DNA of 64,000 nt from Terriglobia bacterium. Lineage in GTDB: Bacteria; Acidobacteriota; Terriglobia; Acidiferrales; UBA7541. The stretch covers positions 768,001 to 832,000 of the forward strand of contig OY968796.1 in assembly GCA_963695545.1 (NCBI GenBank), given 5' to 3'. Each line of letters starts with the position of its first letter. The first letter of the stretch is position 1. Of this stretch, positions 62,745-64,000 are shown piece by piece. Made by a program: the position numbers and the translations under genes. Below the pieces are notes generated by a model. The model saw only the letters and a list, made by a program, of their open reading frames with translations, was not told the origin of the DNA and did no database searches.

Positions 62745-63066
62745 GGAAGAGTGCGGGGGCTATATACACCCCCGGTACCAAATTCATAAAATGATGAAAT
62801 CAAAGGGCTTCCAGGAAAAGAGTGCGGATGAGTGTGAAAATACGCGTGTTGATATCGCCTGGTTTCAATGAGATGCGCACTCTTTTGCAATGAACTGAAA
62901 ATAAATGGTTTGCAGGGGCGATTGGGGACAGAAAGTTGCGGGTTGACGAGTCGTTGCGCCTCGGCGGCTGGCCGGAGTCTAGCGAGAGCGAGGGTGAAAC
63001 TCGACGGCGAGAATGCGTGTTCGCAAGTCACAGCCGAGAATAACACGAAGCATACTGATACGTCAA
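62745..63066 (-). repeat. Dispersed AT-rich non-coding element, copy 2
   Basis: Homologous to 33385-33650; internal inverted repeat aaaagagtgcg/cgcactctttt. Confidence 0.75.
63037..63066 (-). promoter_or_regulatory. Sigma70-like promoter firing into element copy 2
   Basis: Minus strand TTGACG-N18-TATTCT with extended -10 TG. Confidence 0.55.
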
Positions 63067-63085
63067 CGTATATTTCTATTGTATT

Positions 63086-63120
63086 CGAATAGAATGGGTG
63101 AAAAATACCCATTCTATTCG
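63086..63120. other. Perfect 14-bp inverted repeat (terminator or operator)
   Basis: cgaatagaatgggt-gaaaaat-acccattctattcg. Confidence 0.6.
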
Positions 63121-63196
63121 TTCGAAGAGAGGTGCAGGGCGAGCGCCGGACGAAGCGCTCGGCTGAAGACCATCGCATGTTCGGCTATTACCCGAA

Positions 63197-64000
63197 TCAG
63201 ATGCCGGCCTCCTGGCCGAAATACTGGTAATCTTCGCGCCAGCCGCCCTGGCCCTGACCGATGATTTTGTAATTCTCGACGAATTCGATTGCACGGATGT
63301 ACTTCACCATCGTGAATCCAAGCTGTGTCTCGAGGCGCAAGCGAAGCGGCGCTCCGTGATCGAGCGGAAGCGGCTGGCCGTTCATTTCATAGGCCAGAAT
63401 CGTTTGCGGGTCTTGCGCCAACTCCAAGCGAATCGTGCCGTAGAAGTAGCCCGGTCCTTGAGCGTGAGGTTCCGAGGTGGATTTATTATCGAACGCGTAG
63501 AAGACAATGTATCGCGCGGAAGGAAGCGGCCGGCAGAGCGCGACGATATGATGCAAGGATACGCCACCCCACTCCGCAACGCCGGACCATCCCTGGATGC
63601 AACAATGTTTGGTGATTTGAGTTTGTTTCGGCATCGCGCGGAGGTCCGCCAGCGTCAGGCGTAGTTGCTTTTCCACCAATCCGCCGATCTCGAGGCTATA
63701 GTTCGCGAAGTTCTCGCGCGCCATGGCCAGAAAACTTTCTTCTTTCGGCGGCCGGCCGTTCACCCAAAAGTATGGCGAGACATCCGCGCGCGAGTAATGC
63801 TGAGAGGACACCTGATGGCCGAAAAGCAACGCGCGCACCGGATCGGTGATCGATTGAGTGGCATGCTGGACAAAGCGCGGGCGGCGACGGGAACACACGG
63901 TTGTGACAATGTGAATGGCCGCGACGCCAGTCAGCCCGGAGAGCCAGACCACAAGAGCAAGCGTCAGATGCGGATCGCGCGTCTCACCGAGAACAATCAG
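63197..64000 (-). CDS. Molybdopterin-dependent oxidoreductase (sulfite oxidase/MsrP family), 5' end outside window
   Basis: H.CIQGWSG.A.W.G, LAYEMNG.PL..HGAPLRLR, G..MVK. Confidence 0.85.
   Translation of the reverse strand: MIVLGETRDPHLTLALVVWLSGLTGVAAIHIVTTVCSRRRPRFVQHATQSITDPVRALLFGHQVSSQHYSRADVSPYFWVNGRPPKEESFLAMARENFANYSLEIGGLVEKQLRLTLADLRAMPKQTQITKHCCIQGWSGVAEWGGVSLHHIVALCRPLPSARYIVFYAFDNKSTSEPHAQGPGYFYGTIRLELAQDPQTILAYEMNGQPLPLDHGAPLRLRLETQLGFTMVKYIRAIEFVENYKIIGQGQGGWREDYQYFGQEAGI

Noticed and set aside
1..64000. Transposases, integrases, prophage or defence genes
   Set aside because: No DDE, tyrosine/serine recombinase, phage structural or recognisable defence motifs in any ORF

Overview
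High-GC bacterial chromosomal segment. Gene content and protein families suggest Acidobacteriota (inference). It is mostly housekeeping: an ECF sigma/anti-sigma/DUF4097/aroK operon; lysS; an envelope-biogenesis cluster (lolC/E-like, lolD-like, clpC, bamA, a giant lipoprotein, skp, a second ABC ATPase, lolA-like); ada; apt; rlmB-ispF-ispD; PIN-TRAM; alr; dnaB; rplI-rpsR-rpsF; pth-rplY-prs-ispE-TPR; purH; futalosine-pathway menaquinone genes (ubiX, ubiA/mqnP-like, mqnE); and two glycosyltransferases. I saw no tRNA, rRNA, CRISPR array or transposase. The most notable observations are: (1) two diverged copies of an AT-rich ~270-310 bp non-coding element (33385-33650, 62745-63066), each with internal motif repeats, an inverted repeat and a conserved inward-facing sigma70-like promoter; (2) a stand-alone GluRS anticodon-binding-like domain at the syntenic gltX position; (3) a GH35-like protein that appears to lack both catalytic glutamates; (4) a ~1265-aa Ig/beta-propeller lipoprotein inserted between bamA and skp; (5) an S18 with a ~105-aa Gly/Pro-rich N-terminal tail. 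All calls come from reading the sequence; no database searches were run.
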